The notes below the pieces were generated by a model, which worked only from the letters and a program-made list of their open reading frames with translations, did not search any database and was not told where the DNA came from. This document shows positions 10,252-19,342 of a stretch of 64,000 nt of DNA, in pieces. Positions within the stretch are counted from its first letter, which is position 1. Each line of letters opens with the position of its first letter. The translations under genes and the position numbers were made by a program. The stretch is from a virus, in IMG/VR virus record IMGVR_UViG_3300042514_001858, positions 32,001 through 96,000 of that record. One strand, 5' to 3'.

Positions 10252-13092
10252 TTAGCCAAAATACTTATTCATAGCATCCCATTGCTCATAAGAAATATTC
10301 CTATCAGGATTTGAATTTATGGAACCTTCAGGTAAGAACCATCCCTGTGCTTCTAAATCTGCCATGTCACTAGCTGCCATGGAACCTTCCCCACCAAAAA
10401 GCATTGGTGCTAAGTTGGAATGTTCAATTTTAGCAACTTCTTCGTTAGTGTAAATAGATGTGGATGATTTGTATTTGAATAGTCCTTGATCAATGGGTTT
10501 GATCACCAATGGTTTGTCACAATCATCATATTCGTCAATTTCAAAATACAATTCTGTGATATCTTTATAAAGAGCCATCAATGCCCACACAAATGCCATA
10601 ACTCTATCATCGTGTTCCCCACTTTTTGCTTTCCAAGAGCCATTGGGGTATCGCACAAAATTTTTAAATTCTTTCAGGGTATCTATATTACGGAATGTTA
10701 CTGATTGTGCTTCATTGACGAAGTATCTCTGGTTCTCCACCGCTTTGTATTTGGTGTTGATATGGGAAATCATACCATTTTGTTTGTTCTTATGAGCTTC
10801 TTTTGCACCCCAAGATACCAGATTTTGATACATGTGAGTGTTTGCCAGAGTATCACAAACACCTGTTCCTTGGTTATTACGCTCAATTAATAATAGAGGA
10901 TTTCCCCAATTTCCACAAACATCTACCACTTCATTGGTAAATTCTGATGGTCCTTTTTTATTTGTCCAATATTCCGCAACTTGTATGATTTGCTTTGGAT
11001 TTGTCACATCCAAAACTTGCAATACAGATGCATCTATACCAACACCTTCAGAAACGTCTCCACCAATCACATAGATTTTTTCAGAATCGTATTCTTCCCA
11101 TATTTTATAAGCACCTTCTTTTAGAACATGGATCGGTTGTTTGCATTCATTCCTAAGTCTATCAAATAGGGATTCATCAATCGATTGTTGACTATTATCA
11201 AGGAAAACATTTCCAAATTCCTGCATGAAAGCTTCATATGATCCCAGAGCTTTAATTTGTTGTAATTTCCAAGCTTCATCTCTTCCAGGTATTTCATCCC
11301 ACTCAATTTTATGGGGAGTGAATCCATTTTCACCTTTTTCAGCTTCAGTATAAAGCTTGTGGAATAGGTTTCCCACTTGATTGGGTGTGGATGCCGCAAT
11401 AATCTTAGATGTTCGGGAACGAGAAATTGTGGGGTAAACAGACTTCCAAAATTCATCAACAACATGTTCCTCCAAGAATGCCAACTCGTCCAAAATGAGC
11501 AGATTCAAAGCAGTTCCACGGATCGCTGATCCCGTTGTAGTTGAGATGCTGATACGACTACCATTATCAAATGCACATCCTGTTTTACCATATTCCTCAA
11601 CTCCTGGCTTTAACCAATTTGGTAACTCCTCATAAGCCAAACGAATTCTTCGAAATATCTCAATCGCAGTGGATTCTTTGTTTGCTACAATAATGGTGTT
11701 TCTGTATGGTTTAAAACATGCTTCGTGGAGAGCAGCAATGGTCATCATTGTAGTATTATGGGTTGGGATAAATGACTTACCACACAGGAACAAATTATCA
11801 CTTGAATCCACAGTAATACATCTAACTGGAACCGATTCAATCGGTCTTATATCTTTAATATAGTGCCATTGATTTCTTTTATTTGATTCTGGTTCTTGAA
11901 TATTTTGTAATACAATTCTATTCTTTTTAAAATTCAATTTTACAACATATTCTCTAGGATAAAATTCAATACTGTGGGAATCCGCACATTGTTTCCCATT
12001 TAAAAATGTTTTTCTTACTTTATAGGTGGTTTTATACCCCAAACTCTCAACCAATTCTTTGAATTGATTTACTAAATTTTCATTTTTATTGGTAAATTTG
12101 GCATGACCACGAGTGTTGATACTCCCATCACTATCCATCAAACCTTTTAACAATTCCAATCTTTGCTCTCTGGATGATTCCAGATAATCTTTGGGTATAT
12201 ACTTATTTCCCAATAAATTTAAATTTCTTAAATCGTTGTTTAACGATGCTCGATAACCGATTTTATCCCATTTACCGTCTATTTTTCCCAGATTGACAGA
12301 ATAAATGTTTCTATTTTCTCTATATACTTCAGAATATTTATATCTTTCATATTGTGATAATATTTCTCTCAATTCATTAATATATTGATACCCAACTGTA
12401 ATTCGAGAAGAATCTGTCGATCCATCTCCCAACCACATTCCCAATACATAAGGTGGGATTGTCAAATCCTTTTCTTCCTTCTCTACTCCATTTATACAAG
12501 ACGGGATTCTGTAAAAAGGTTCTCCAGATTTTGTTTTAAAATTTTCAATTAATTCTTTAGTTGTTTTAATGCTTCCACTTGAAACAACTTTTAAATCCCT
12601 ATCTCTTTTTGATTGGACAAACCAATTATGATCTTCATCAGCTACAATAACTTCACCATTATCAAATTCAACTTCGTAACACGGTCTATCATATCTAATG
12701 TTATGCGCCATGGCAATATTGCAAGGTTTACCATCTCTCCCATAGACCACATCACCATCTTTGAGTTCTCCCATTGTTGTCCAACCATTTGGTGTAGGTA
12801 TTGGAGTATCAAGAGCCAATGCCTTAGAAGCTTGACGGGGGCTAAGAATTACGTTAAATCGATTATCAAAAACGCCTTTTAAAATTCTTTTTTGGAAATC
12901 ATAAAGTTGGATATTAACCTTACCAACATCACTATCAGGATCGATTATATAAAAATAATTAGCTGCAAAATGAATAATATCATTCCTACACTTTTCAATT
13001 TCAACCACCATCTCTGGTGTATATTCAAACGCTGAATTTGCGCTGGGTAAATTAGTATTACCCATATAATTTTGTTTCTTTTTAGCAGCCAT
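10252..13092 (-). CDS. gp17: Terminase large subunit with an intein in Walker A
   Basis: YMGNTNL, LYDFQ, PRQASK^TT, ILDELAF, VYPTIS, STPN, QEF, GGDVSEG, IERNNQG, HDDRVMA. Confidence 0.95.
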   Translation of the reverse strand: MAAKKKQNYMGNTNLPSANSAFEYTPEMVVEIEKCRNDIIHFAANYFYIIDPDSDVGKVNIQLYDFQKRILKGVFDNRFNVILSPRQASKALALDTPIPTPNGWTTMGELKDGDVVYGRDGKPCNIAMAHNIRYDRPCYEVEFDNGEVIVADEDHNWFVQSKRDRDLKVVSSGSIKTTKELIENFKTKSGEPFYRIPSCINGVEKEEKDLTIPPYVLGMWLGDGSTDSSRITVGYQYINELREILSQYERYKYSEVYRENRNIYSVNLGKIDGKWDKIGYRASLNNDLRNLNLLGNKYIPKDYLESSREQRLELLKGLMDSDGSINTRGHAKFTNKNENLVNQFKELVESLGYKTTYKVRKTFLNGKQCADSHSIEFYPREYVVKLNFKKNRIVLQNIQEPESNKRNQWHYIKDIRPIESVPVRCITVDSSDNLFLCGKSFIPTHNTTMMTIAALHEACFKPYRNTIIVANKESTAIEIFRRIRLAYEELPNWLKPGVEEYGKTGCAFDNGSRISISTTTGSAIRGTALNLLILDELAFLEEHVVDEFWKSVYPTISRSRTSKIIAASTPNQVGNLFHKLYTEAEKGENGFTPHKIEWDEIPGRDEAWKLQQIKALGSYEAFMQEFGNVFLDNSQQSIDESLFDRLRNECKQPIHVLKEGAYKIWEEYDSEKIYVIGGDVSEGVGIDASVLQVLDVTNPKQIIQVAEYWTNKKGPSEFTNEVVDVCGNWGNPLLLIERNNQGTGVCDTLANTHMYQNLVSWGAKEAHKNKQNGMISHINTKYKAVENQRYFVNEAQSVTFRNIDTLKEFKNFVRYPNGSWKAKSGEHDDRVMAFVWALMALYKDITELYFEIDEYDDCDKPLVIKPIDQGLFKYKSSTSIYTNEEVAKIEHSNLAPMLFGGEGSMAASDMADLEAQGWFLPEGSINSNPDRNISYEQWDAMNKYFG
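11755..12822 (-). mobile_element. Class 3 (Ala1) intein with LAGLIDADG homing endonuclease, 356 aa
   Basis: Starts ALALDTPIPTPNGW, ends IPTHN|T; block B DHNW, block F VRCITV, block G THN; LGMWLGDGS and LKGLMDSDGS endonuclease motifs. Confidence 0.9.
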
Positions 13093-13101
13093 TGGTATTA
13101 C

Positions 13102-13893
13102 TTAAAAATAATTGCCATAAACACTCCCATCACTACCTCCTGTAGATGGTGGGAATATCTCATTTCTCACAATATCGTCTGAATTTTCCGTATAAATCTT
13201 ATTGGCACTCAAAGCACTAGACAATGCAGGGAACAATACTGAAGATATTTTACCAAAGTAAGAATTATCAGCAATTTGTTGATTGAATGCTTCTCTAGGT
13301 TCATTGGTAACGAAATTGTGTTCACTACGAACAGCTTTTAGTCTCCACACATAATGACCCATTGCTGGATTGAGTTCTGATTGATCCTCATCCATCGCCT
13401 CTGTCACTTCAAATATCTTAGCACTTCTACCATTTGGTCTATCGCAACCAAATGGATAAACGATAATCTTATCCTGTGATTTGGGTTCCAATGGATGATT
13501 CTGAAAATAACTCAAGGATGCAAATTTTGTTTCAAAATCATCAATGTGTAGATACAGTGTTAGTGTATCAGGAGAATCCATACCAGCCAAAGCATAAATC
13601 GGAGAACCGTTCTCCATCTGAATATATGCTTTGATTTCCATTGCACTCAACCAATACATCGTGGTGTGTTCACCGTAAATAGAGTTCATTTGGTCTGGTT
13701 CAAAAGTATTGACCATGTAACCAATCGTCACACCGTAATTATTGATAAGTTCTCCAAATTGAGAATTGAAAATTGCTCTTTCTGCTTGGAAATTGGATGG
13801 ATCAGCAAATCCACCACAATTAGGACGATATACACCAGCGAAAATGTTTTCAGGTGTTAAGCACGATAAAGGTATTGTAGGACATCCAGCCAT
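13102..13893 (-). CDS. gp14: Neck / head-tail connector protein (gp14-like)
   Basis: SIYGE...IKAYI...LTLYLHIDDF...PKSQDKI...IFEVT...YVWRLKA pattern. Confidence 0.65.
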   Translation of the reverse strand: MAGCPTIPLSCLTPENIFAGVYRPNCGGFADPSNFQAERAIFNSQFGELINNYGVTIGYMVNTFEPDQMNSIYGEHTTMYWLSAMEIKAYIQMENGSPIYALAGMDSPDTLTLYLHIDDFETKFASLSYFQNHPLEPKSQDKIIVYPFGCDRPNGRSAKIFEVTEAMDEDQSELNPAMGHYVWRLKAVRSEHNFVTNEPREAFNQQIADNSYFGKISSVLFPALSSALSANKIYTENSDDIVRNEIFPPSTGGSDGSVYGNYF

Positions 13894-14252
13894 TATTTTT
13901 TAATTTCTACGATTTTTCCACATTGTTGACCATGAAGATTGGTAAACATTTTTATCATTTGATCGGAATTCTTTCTTTTGATTTCCTTTCCATCTTCAAA
14001 TTCGATGCCACCCAAAGATCCCAACTCTTTTAATAATTCATCACCAATTAAAATTTGTCCATTACTTCTGATCTTTTGATATGGTCCTTTAGTTGAAATA
14101 TTTTTCCTATTAACCATGCGAGCAATATCACTACCACCTTTTTTGTTTCTAGGATTTACTAAACTCTGTTTGATATTTCCGAAAGCATCTTTGTGTCGGT
14201 ATTCCAGTATGACACCGTTGTGTTTTTCAAAAAATTCCAGAAAAGATTCCAT
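13893..14252 (-). CDS. Hypothetical late protein, MESFLEFFE N-terminus
   Basis: TAAATA-N5-ATG; coupled to the gp14-like gene. Confidence 0.7.
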   Translation of the reverse strand: MESFLEFFEKHNGVILEYRHKDAFGNIKQSLVNPRNKKGGSDIARMVNRKNISTKGPYQKIRSNGQILIGDELLKELGSLGGIEFEDGKEIKRKNSDQMIKMFTNLHGQQCGKIVEIKK

Positions 14253-14265
14253 GTTATTATTTAAG

Positions 14266-14297
14266 AAAAAAAGGGAGAATCACCACGATTCTCCCTT
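14266..14297 (-). terminator. Intrinsic terminator
   Basis: AAGGGAGAATC-loop-GATTCTCCCTT perfect stem plus T run on the minus strand. Confidence 0.8.
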
Positions 14298-14324
14298 CTT
14301 GAGTTTATTTTTTTCTAGAAATTA

Positions 14325-15356
14325 TTAGCGGAAGTAGTCTTCCGATGTTCTCAAATCAGACACTTTGTTTTGTTTACCCATGTTTGGTTGTTTTGCGCCG
14401 TGTAGAGCATGACCGTAATCACCATCGTTACCAACTTTATCAGTAACTCCCGTTACTTTGGTTCCTTGATTTTTAGGTTGTGGGCGACCACCAACTTTGT
14501 TATTCTTGGATTGGAATTTGTGAGAACCATCTTTGGAGTTTTTAGCACCAATTGTCCCATCGTTACCAACTTTATCGGTAGGGAAGGTTTCTTCATCTTC
14601 TTCGTATTCCTCTTCGTCGTCATACATATCACCTTCTTCGTCCATTTCTTCGCCTTCCATATCGAAGTCTAGATCATCACCTTCGTCACCAAGGTCTTCT
14701 TCACCTCCAAGAACGCCCATAAGCACATCATGAAGTTTTTGAGCAGTAGCACGATCAAGAGTAAAGGTAACTTCATCACCCATATCTTCATCACCCATGT
14801 CATCACCCATGTCATCACCGAATTCATCATCAGTAGGAGCATCGGAAAGACCCAATGCAGCGTTTTCAGCGTCTTCGGAGAAATCGCTACCCATAACAGA
14901 TTCAAACAATTTATCAAATGTAGATTTTTTCATCATAAAAGTATTTAGTCTTTCTCTTGCAATTTTTTTAGATTCTTTAACAATATTTTCTTCAGCTTCT
15001 TCTCTTTGCATATTTTTTTTCATATTTTTGAGAGTTTTCTCAAAAGAAGCTTTTTCTGTATCAGATAGATTAGGATTTTTTAATTTTTCTTCAATTTCAG
15101 AAATTCTACTATATTGTTCTTCATTGTCTTCTTCATCACAACCACAATCATCATCATTCAATGCTTTATGGAAACCACCTTTTTCTGTCGGTCCCCCTTT
15201 TTGAATGTCCATTTTATCATTAAATGCATTTTTTGACATTTTAGGAATTTTTTTCGATTTGTTGATGTTTTCCTGAGCATTCTCATTCACAACGGTTTTA
15301 ACACTTTTAAGCATTTCTCCGTAAACATCTCCTAGTGTTGTTTGTTTTTTTCTCAT
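14325..15356 (-). CDS. Acidic low-complexity protein (possible prohead core/internal protein), with a probable nested start at 14936
   Basis: 343-aa ORF; D/E/G/M-rich; repeated TDKVGNDG; internal TAAATA-N5-ATG in frame. Confidence 0.7.
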   Translation of the reverse strand: MRKKQTTLGDVYGEMLKSVKTVVNENAQENINKSKKIPKMSKNAFNDKMDIQKGGPTEKGGFHKALNDDDCGCDEEDNEEQYSRISEIEEKLKNPNLSDTEKASFEKTLKNMKKNMQREEAEENIVKESKKIARERLNTFMMKKSTFDKLFESVMGSDFSEDAENAALGLSDAPTDDEFGDDMGDDMGDEDMGDEVTFTLDRATAQKLHDVLMGVLGGEEDLGDEGDDLDFDMEGEEMDEEGDMYDDEEEYEEDEETFPTDKVGNDGTIGAKNSKDGSHKFQSKNNKVGGRPQPKNQGTKVTGVTDKVGNDGDYGHALHGAKQPNMGKQNKVSDLRTSEDYFR

Positions 15357-15359
15357 AAA

Positions 15360-15725
15360 TTATGGTTGATATGGTTTATTGGTTACAGTTACAGTTCCAG
15401 CATTAACATCCATATCGAATGAATTAGTTGGATATTTCAATTCAACAGTGGAACCATCAAATTGTGCCAATTCTGAAATTAATTGTGTCAATTTAGCGTG
15501 AAAATGGAAAACTTTGAATACATCAACTCCCAATTCATCGATAATTTCTTGAGGAGTCAAGTTTTCATGATTCCACATGATATCAATACCATCTCTCTGT
15601 GTCTTAACCAAATTATTAAAGCAATTTTTTGATAATTGTTTAATACGTCTGGTTGTATTTTCCAGTTTAATCTTCTTTGGCACTGGCACTCGTAATGGTA
15701 TTGTATTGTCTCCTAATAATGACAT
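15360..15725 (-). CDS. Hypothetical late protein
   Basis: 121-aa ORF with TAAATA-N5-ATG. Confidence 0.7.
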   Translation of the reverse strand: MSLLGDNTIPLRVPVPKKIKLENTTRRIKQLSKNCFNNLVKTQRDGIDIMWNHENLTPQEIIDELGVDVFKVFHFHAKLTQLISELAQFDGSTVELKYPTNSFDMDVNAGTVTVTNKPYQP

Positions 15726-15729
15726 GCTA

Positions 15730-16530
15730 TTATTTAGCTAAATTTTTCCAAAATTCGTATCCATCTGTAATTTTACATAAATTTTCCCCTAAAATTTCAA
15801 TTGCTTTAGGTTTTGATGGAATAACTGAGCTTTTAATTTTATGTAAATCAACATAATTATAAACACCATCATCTTCTATTGTTTGATTTATAATATTTTT
15901 AAAATCGTGATTACATCTAGGTATTTCGAGAAAATCCCAAATTACGTTCATAGTTCGTTCTGGTTCATTCGTAAGATAATCGTAATCAACCAATAAAAAT
16001 CTATCACCCAATCCTCTTTGAAAGGCATCTTTTAAAATATTATATGCGACCCCAACTTCACCATTTAAACTAGCCCAATGCATCATTCGACCTTCAGTAT
16101 TTATACATTGCGGCATCGGTCCTTGGGGTGGAAATTTATAAGAACCTTTTCTATAGAGAACTTCAAAAGAAGCCAATACTTCTTTTATATCACGCACAGG
16201 TGCAATAATTTTAACTTTTCTATTGGTTATGGTTTCCAACATCTCAATACCGCCTCCCCAACCTCTACACTTATCTAAAACAAATTCTTTATCAGTATCG
16301 TGATAATTCTGTAAAGTGCTTTTTAAAATTCTTTTTAAATTATCATCTTTTCCAGCATTTTTATCTGCTCTGTGTTCAATGATGTTATTCCAAGAAACTT
16401 TAATATCGTGTAATAATTGAAATAATCCTGATGTGGGGGTGCAAAAAACTTTTGGATTTTGTGCCATGAGATTCATCAATAATGTGCTACCTGATCTAGG
16501 TAATCCCGAAACATAGTGTATGTTTTTCAT
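15730..16530 (-). CDS. PAPS-dependent sulfotransferase family protein
   Basis: 5'-PSB loop SGLPRSGSTLL; KIIAPVRDIKEVLASF 3'-PB; VDYDYLTNEP. Confidence 0.85.
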   Translation of the reverse strand: MKNIHYVSGLPRSGSTLLMNLMAQNPKVFCTPTSGLFQLLHDIKVSWNNIIEHRADKNAGKDDNLKRILKSTLQNYHDTDKEFVLDKCRGWGGGIEMLETITNRKVKIIAPVRDIKEVLASFEVLYRKGSYKFPPQGPMPQCINTEGRMMHWASLNGEVGVAYNILKDAFQRGLGDRFLLVDYDYLTNEPERTMNVIWDFLEIPRCNHDFKNIINQTIEDDGVYNYVDLHKIKSSVIPSKPKAIEILGENLCKITDGYEFWKNLAK

Positions 16531-17399
16531 GCTACAATTTTTTCAATATTGAAGATATCTTCAATATTATCATATGGACATTCATGAACCAATCCATTGA
16601 AACTGTAATCATATAAATATGAATTTATATTACCCATGGGAAAAGATTTTTCTGGAATTATGTTATTATGAATGTTATAACCAAATACTTCAGGTTGTGT
16701 TCCGACCCACATCACAGTTGATGGAAGATTCATTGCAGCGGCAGCATGTTGTAAAGATGAATCAATTAAAATTCTTTTCTGTGAAAATTCCATCATTGCA
16801 CATAAAATCTTTTTGTTTAAGAATTGATCAAGTCTAACCACATTCTGCAATGAGGGATGGTGGGGGTAACAGATATGTAAAATTGTGTATTTTTCTTTGA
16901 AATGATTGACTATATCTTGAGCTATTTTCGGATGAATATCTCTCATCCAAGAATATGGGATGTCTTGATTTTGTGGACCACCAAAAGGTTGAAATATCAA
17001 TAATGGTTTATCGGTATTCGGTAAAAATTTGTAAGCCATCTCTTTTTCACGGAAATTAAAATTGATGTTCGGTAACTGCTTATCAAATTCAACGTCAAGC
17101 ATACCACACCAAGATTCAATTACGTGTAATTTTTTGGTAATGTGGTTTGTTGTTTTATATGGATCATGTGCAAAAATATCAATATTTTTATTATAGATAT
17201 AATCTTCGTAAAAATATGGTGTGCTACCCATTAAAAAAGATCTTTTGATATTAAAATCATTTTTAAATAATTCGGGATAAGCAGTAGTGACAATTATATC
17301 AGTATCTGGGTTAGATTTTTTATAAGATCTGATTACTGCGGTTGCAGCTATATTTTTTCCCAAACCACCTTCAATATGGAACAGCGCGTTTTTCAACAT
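16527..17399 (-). CDS. GT-B glycosyltransferase (GT9/heptosyltransferase-like)
   Basis: GGLGKNIAATA N-terminal motif; IDSSLQHAAAAMNLPSTVMWVGT..FGY C-terminal motif. Confidence 0.7.
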   Translation of the reverse strand: MLKNALFHIEGGLGKNIAATAVIRSYKKSNPDTDIIVTTAYPELFKNDFNIKRSFLMGSTPYFYEDYIYNKNIDIFAHDPYKTTNHITKKLHVIESWCGMLDVEFDKQLPNINFNFREKEMAYKFLPNTDKPLLIFQPFGGPQNQDIPYSWMRDIHPKIAQDIVNHFKEKYTILHICYPHHPSLQNVVRLDQFLNKKILCAMMEFSQKRILIDSSLQHAAAAMNLPSTVMWVGTQPEVFGYNIHNNIIPEKSFPMGNINSYLYDYSFNGLVHECPYDNIEDIFNIEKIVA

Positions 17400-17423
17400 G
17401 CGTAGATTTAATTAACTTTGTGA

Positions 17424-18815
17424 TTAAATCAATGCTATTTTTTTAATCACACCATTAATATTTACTACTAGGCATGTACCACCGTTTGTAGTTGATAGTG
17501 GGTATGTTGCCGACCCCAATGCTAATTGATTGTGGCTTGTTGGAATAGCACACGATCCAAGAGCGATGGATGCTGATAAAGATGCGCCAGATCTATATCC
17601 TATAAAAATTGAGTGACAAGCATTAATAGCACCACTACCAGCACCATTACCTAAGAAATTAGAATTACTTGCATTCGTAGCACCATTACCAGCACTATAA
17701 CCTAAGAAATTAGAACTACTTGCATTCGTAGCACCATTACCAGCACTCTGCCCTAAGAAATTGGAGTTATTTGCACACGTAGCACTACTACCAGCACCAT
17801 TACCTAAGAAATTGGAGTTACATGCACTATAAGCACCACAACCAGCATTGTTACCTAAGAAATTGGAAACACATGCATTTGTAGCACCATTACCAGCATT
17901 ATAACCTAAGAAATTAGAGTTACTTGCACAAAAAGCACCAAAACCAGCATTATTACCTAAGAAATTAGAATTACAAGCATACGTAGCACCAGAACCAGCC
18001 TGATACCCTAAGAAATTAGAACTGCAAGCATCTGTAGCACCAGAACCAGCATTATCACCTAAGAAATTAGAACTGGAAGCATTTGCAGCATTATTACCAG
18101 CTTTATAACCTAAGAAATTAGAATTATTTGCACCTGTAGCACTACTACCAGCACTCTGCCCTAAGAAATTAGACTTACTTGCACACGTAGCACCATTACC
18201 AGCACTCTGCCCTAAGAAATTAGAATTACTTGCACAACAAGCACCACTACCAGCACTATTACCTAAGAAATTAGAATAACTTGCACACGTAGCACCATTA
18301 CCAGCACTATAACCTAAGAAATTAGAACTACTTGCACAAAAAGCACCATTACCAGCACTATAACCTAAGAAATTAGAATTACTTGCACACGTAGCACTAC
18401 TACCAGCACAATTACCCAAGAAATTGGAACCACTTGCACCTGTAGCACTCTGACCAGCACTTTTGCCTACAAAAAAGCTACCTGCGCGTGTTGCGCTAAT
18501 AGGTAAACTACCTATGTTGATCGCACTTGTAGCAAAAGTTTGAGTCGTTGAGAAATTATTATCAACGTTCACTTTCGCGTAATTAGCAGAATTAGCACGG
18601 AAAGTAGTCGCAGTGCTTTGCCAGTTGGATGATAAGCTACGAACTGTGGTTGCAGAACTTTGCCAGTCAGAGGATAAGCTACGAACTGTGGTATCCGTAT
18701 AATTTTTGATAGAGCTTAAAGGAGTATTGTATGTTACCCCCTTTTGATTCAAAATAAAAGTCTCACCACCAGATAGGGGTGTTGTTGCTGGATCATATTG
18801 GGAAATCTTAGGCAT
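17424..18815 (-). CDS. Putative fibre/adhesin with 17-aa SNFLG..AG repeats
   Basis: MPKISQ... N-terminus; 16 tandem 17-aa units; C-terminal IALG...NQLALGS...LVVNING; late-type promoter. Confidence 0.7.
   Translation of the reverse strand: MPKISQYDPATTPLSGGETFILNQKGVTYNTPLSSIKNYTDTTVRSLSSDWQSSATTVRSLSSNWQSTATTFRANSANYAKVNVDNNFSTTQTFATSAINIGSLPISATRAGSFFVGKSAGQSATGASGSNFLGNCAGSSATCASNSNFLGYSAGNGAFCASSSNFLGYSAGNGATCASYSNFLGNSAGSGACCASNSNFLGQSAGNGATCASKSNFLGQSAGSSATGANNSNFLGYKAGNNAANASSSNFLGDNAGSGATDACSSNFLGYQAGSGATYACNSNFLGNNAGFGAFCASNSNFLGYNAGNGATNACVSNFLGNNAGCGAYSACNSNFLGNGAGSSATCANNSNFLGQSAGNGATNASSSNFLGYSAGNGATNASNSNFLGNGAGSGAINACHSIFIGYRSGASLSASIALGSCAIPTSHNQLALGSATYPLSTTNGGTCLVVNINGVIKKIALI
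17625..18460 (-). repeat. 51-bp coding tandem repeat, about 16 copies
   Basis: cctaagaaa recurs at 17650, 17701, 17752 ... 18364, with a variant near 18415. Confidence 0.9.
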
Positions 18816-18820
18816 GTGAT

Positions 18821-18841
18821 TATTTAGTCATCAATTAAATA
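18821..18841. promoter_or_regulatory. Back-to-back TAAATA late-type promoters
   Basis: tattta 18821-26 (minus, 5 nt from ATG 18815) and TAAATA 18836-41 (plus, 5 nt from GTG 18847). Confidence 0.75.
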
Positions 18842-18846
18842 ATAAT

Positions 18847-19332
18847 GTGAGTATTAAAATATCATCTCTTCAAAAGTCAAAAGCACAAAAAAATGCAAGT
18901 TCTTCTGGATATTTGTATAAAGATGTCAATTTTGACCTCAAACCAGCTTATTCTTACAATAATCAATTGAATAGAAAAGAAAATTTGAAGGATATTCAAG
19001 CTATATTCGACGTTGAAGCGATTAAAAATAGTATTGTTAATTGTTTCTTGACTGCACCTGGTCAAAAGATATTGAATCCTACCTTTGGTATCGATCTGAG
19101 AAGATTTCTGTTTGAACCTGTGGATGATTATACCTCGGAAATCATCGAAGATGACATCTCAAGAAGATTACCTCTTTTAGAACCAAGAATTACAGTGACA
19201 GATGTTTCAGTAATTGCTGATCCCGATGCACAGGAATATCGAATTTTTCTACAAATCAATATCCCATCTTTAGATGTGGAAGGTTTAAGTATTAAATCAA
19301 AATTAAACACCATCGGTTACACTATCCTCTAA
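18847..19332 (+). CDS. gp25: Baseplate wedge protein (gp25 / lysozyme-like fold)
   Basis: YKDVNFDL...DVEAIKNSIVN..LTAPGQKILNPTFG..LRRFLFEP...EPRI. Confidence 0.9.
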   Translation: MSIKISSLQKSKAQKNASSSGYLYKDVNFDLKPAYSYNNQLNRKENLKDIQAIFDVEAIKNSIVNCFLTAPGQKILNPTFGIDLRRFLFEPVDDYTSEIIEDDISRRLPLLEPRITVTDVSVIADPDAQEYRIFLQINIPSLDVEGLSIKSKLNTIGYTIL

Positions 19333-19342
19333 ATAATAAAAA

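Noticed and set aside
17625-18460. CRISPR array
   Set aside because: The 51-bp period is a multiple of 3 inside an open frame, the 'spacers' are homologous to each other, and there are no cas genes
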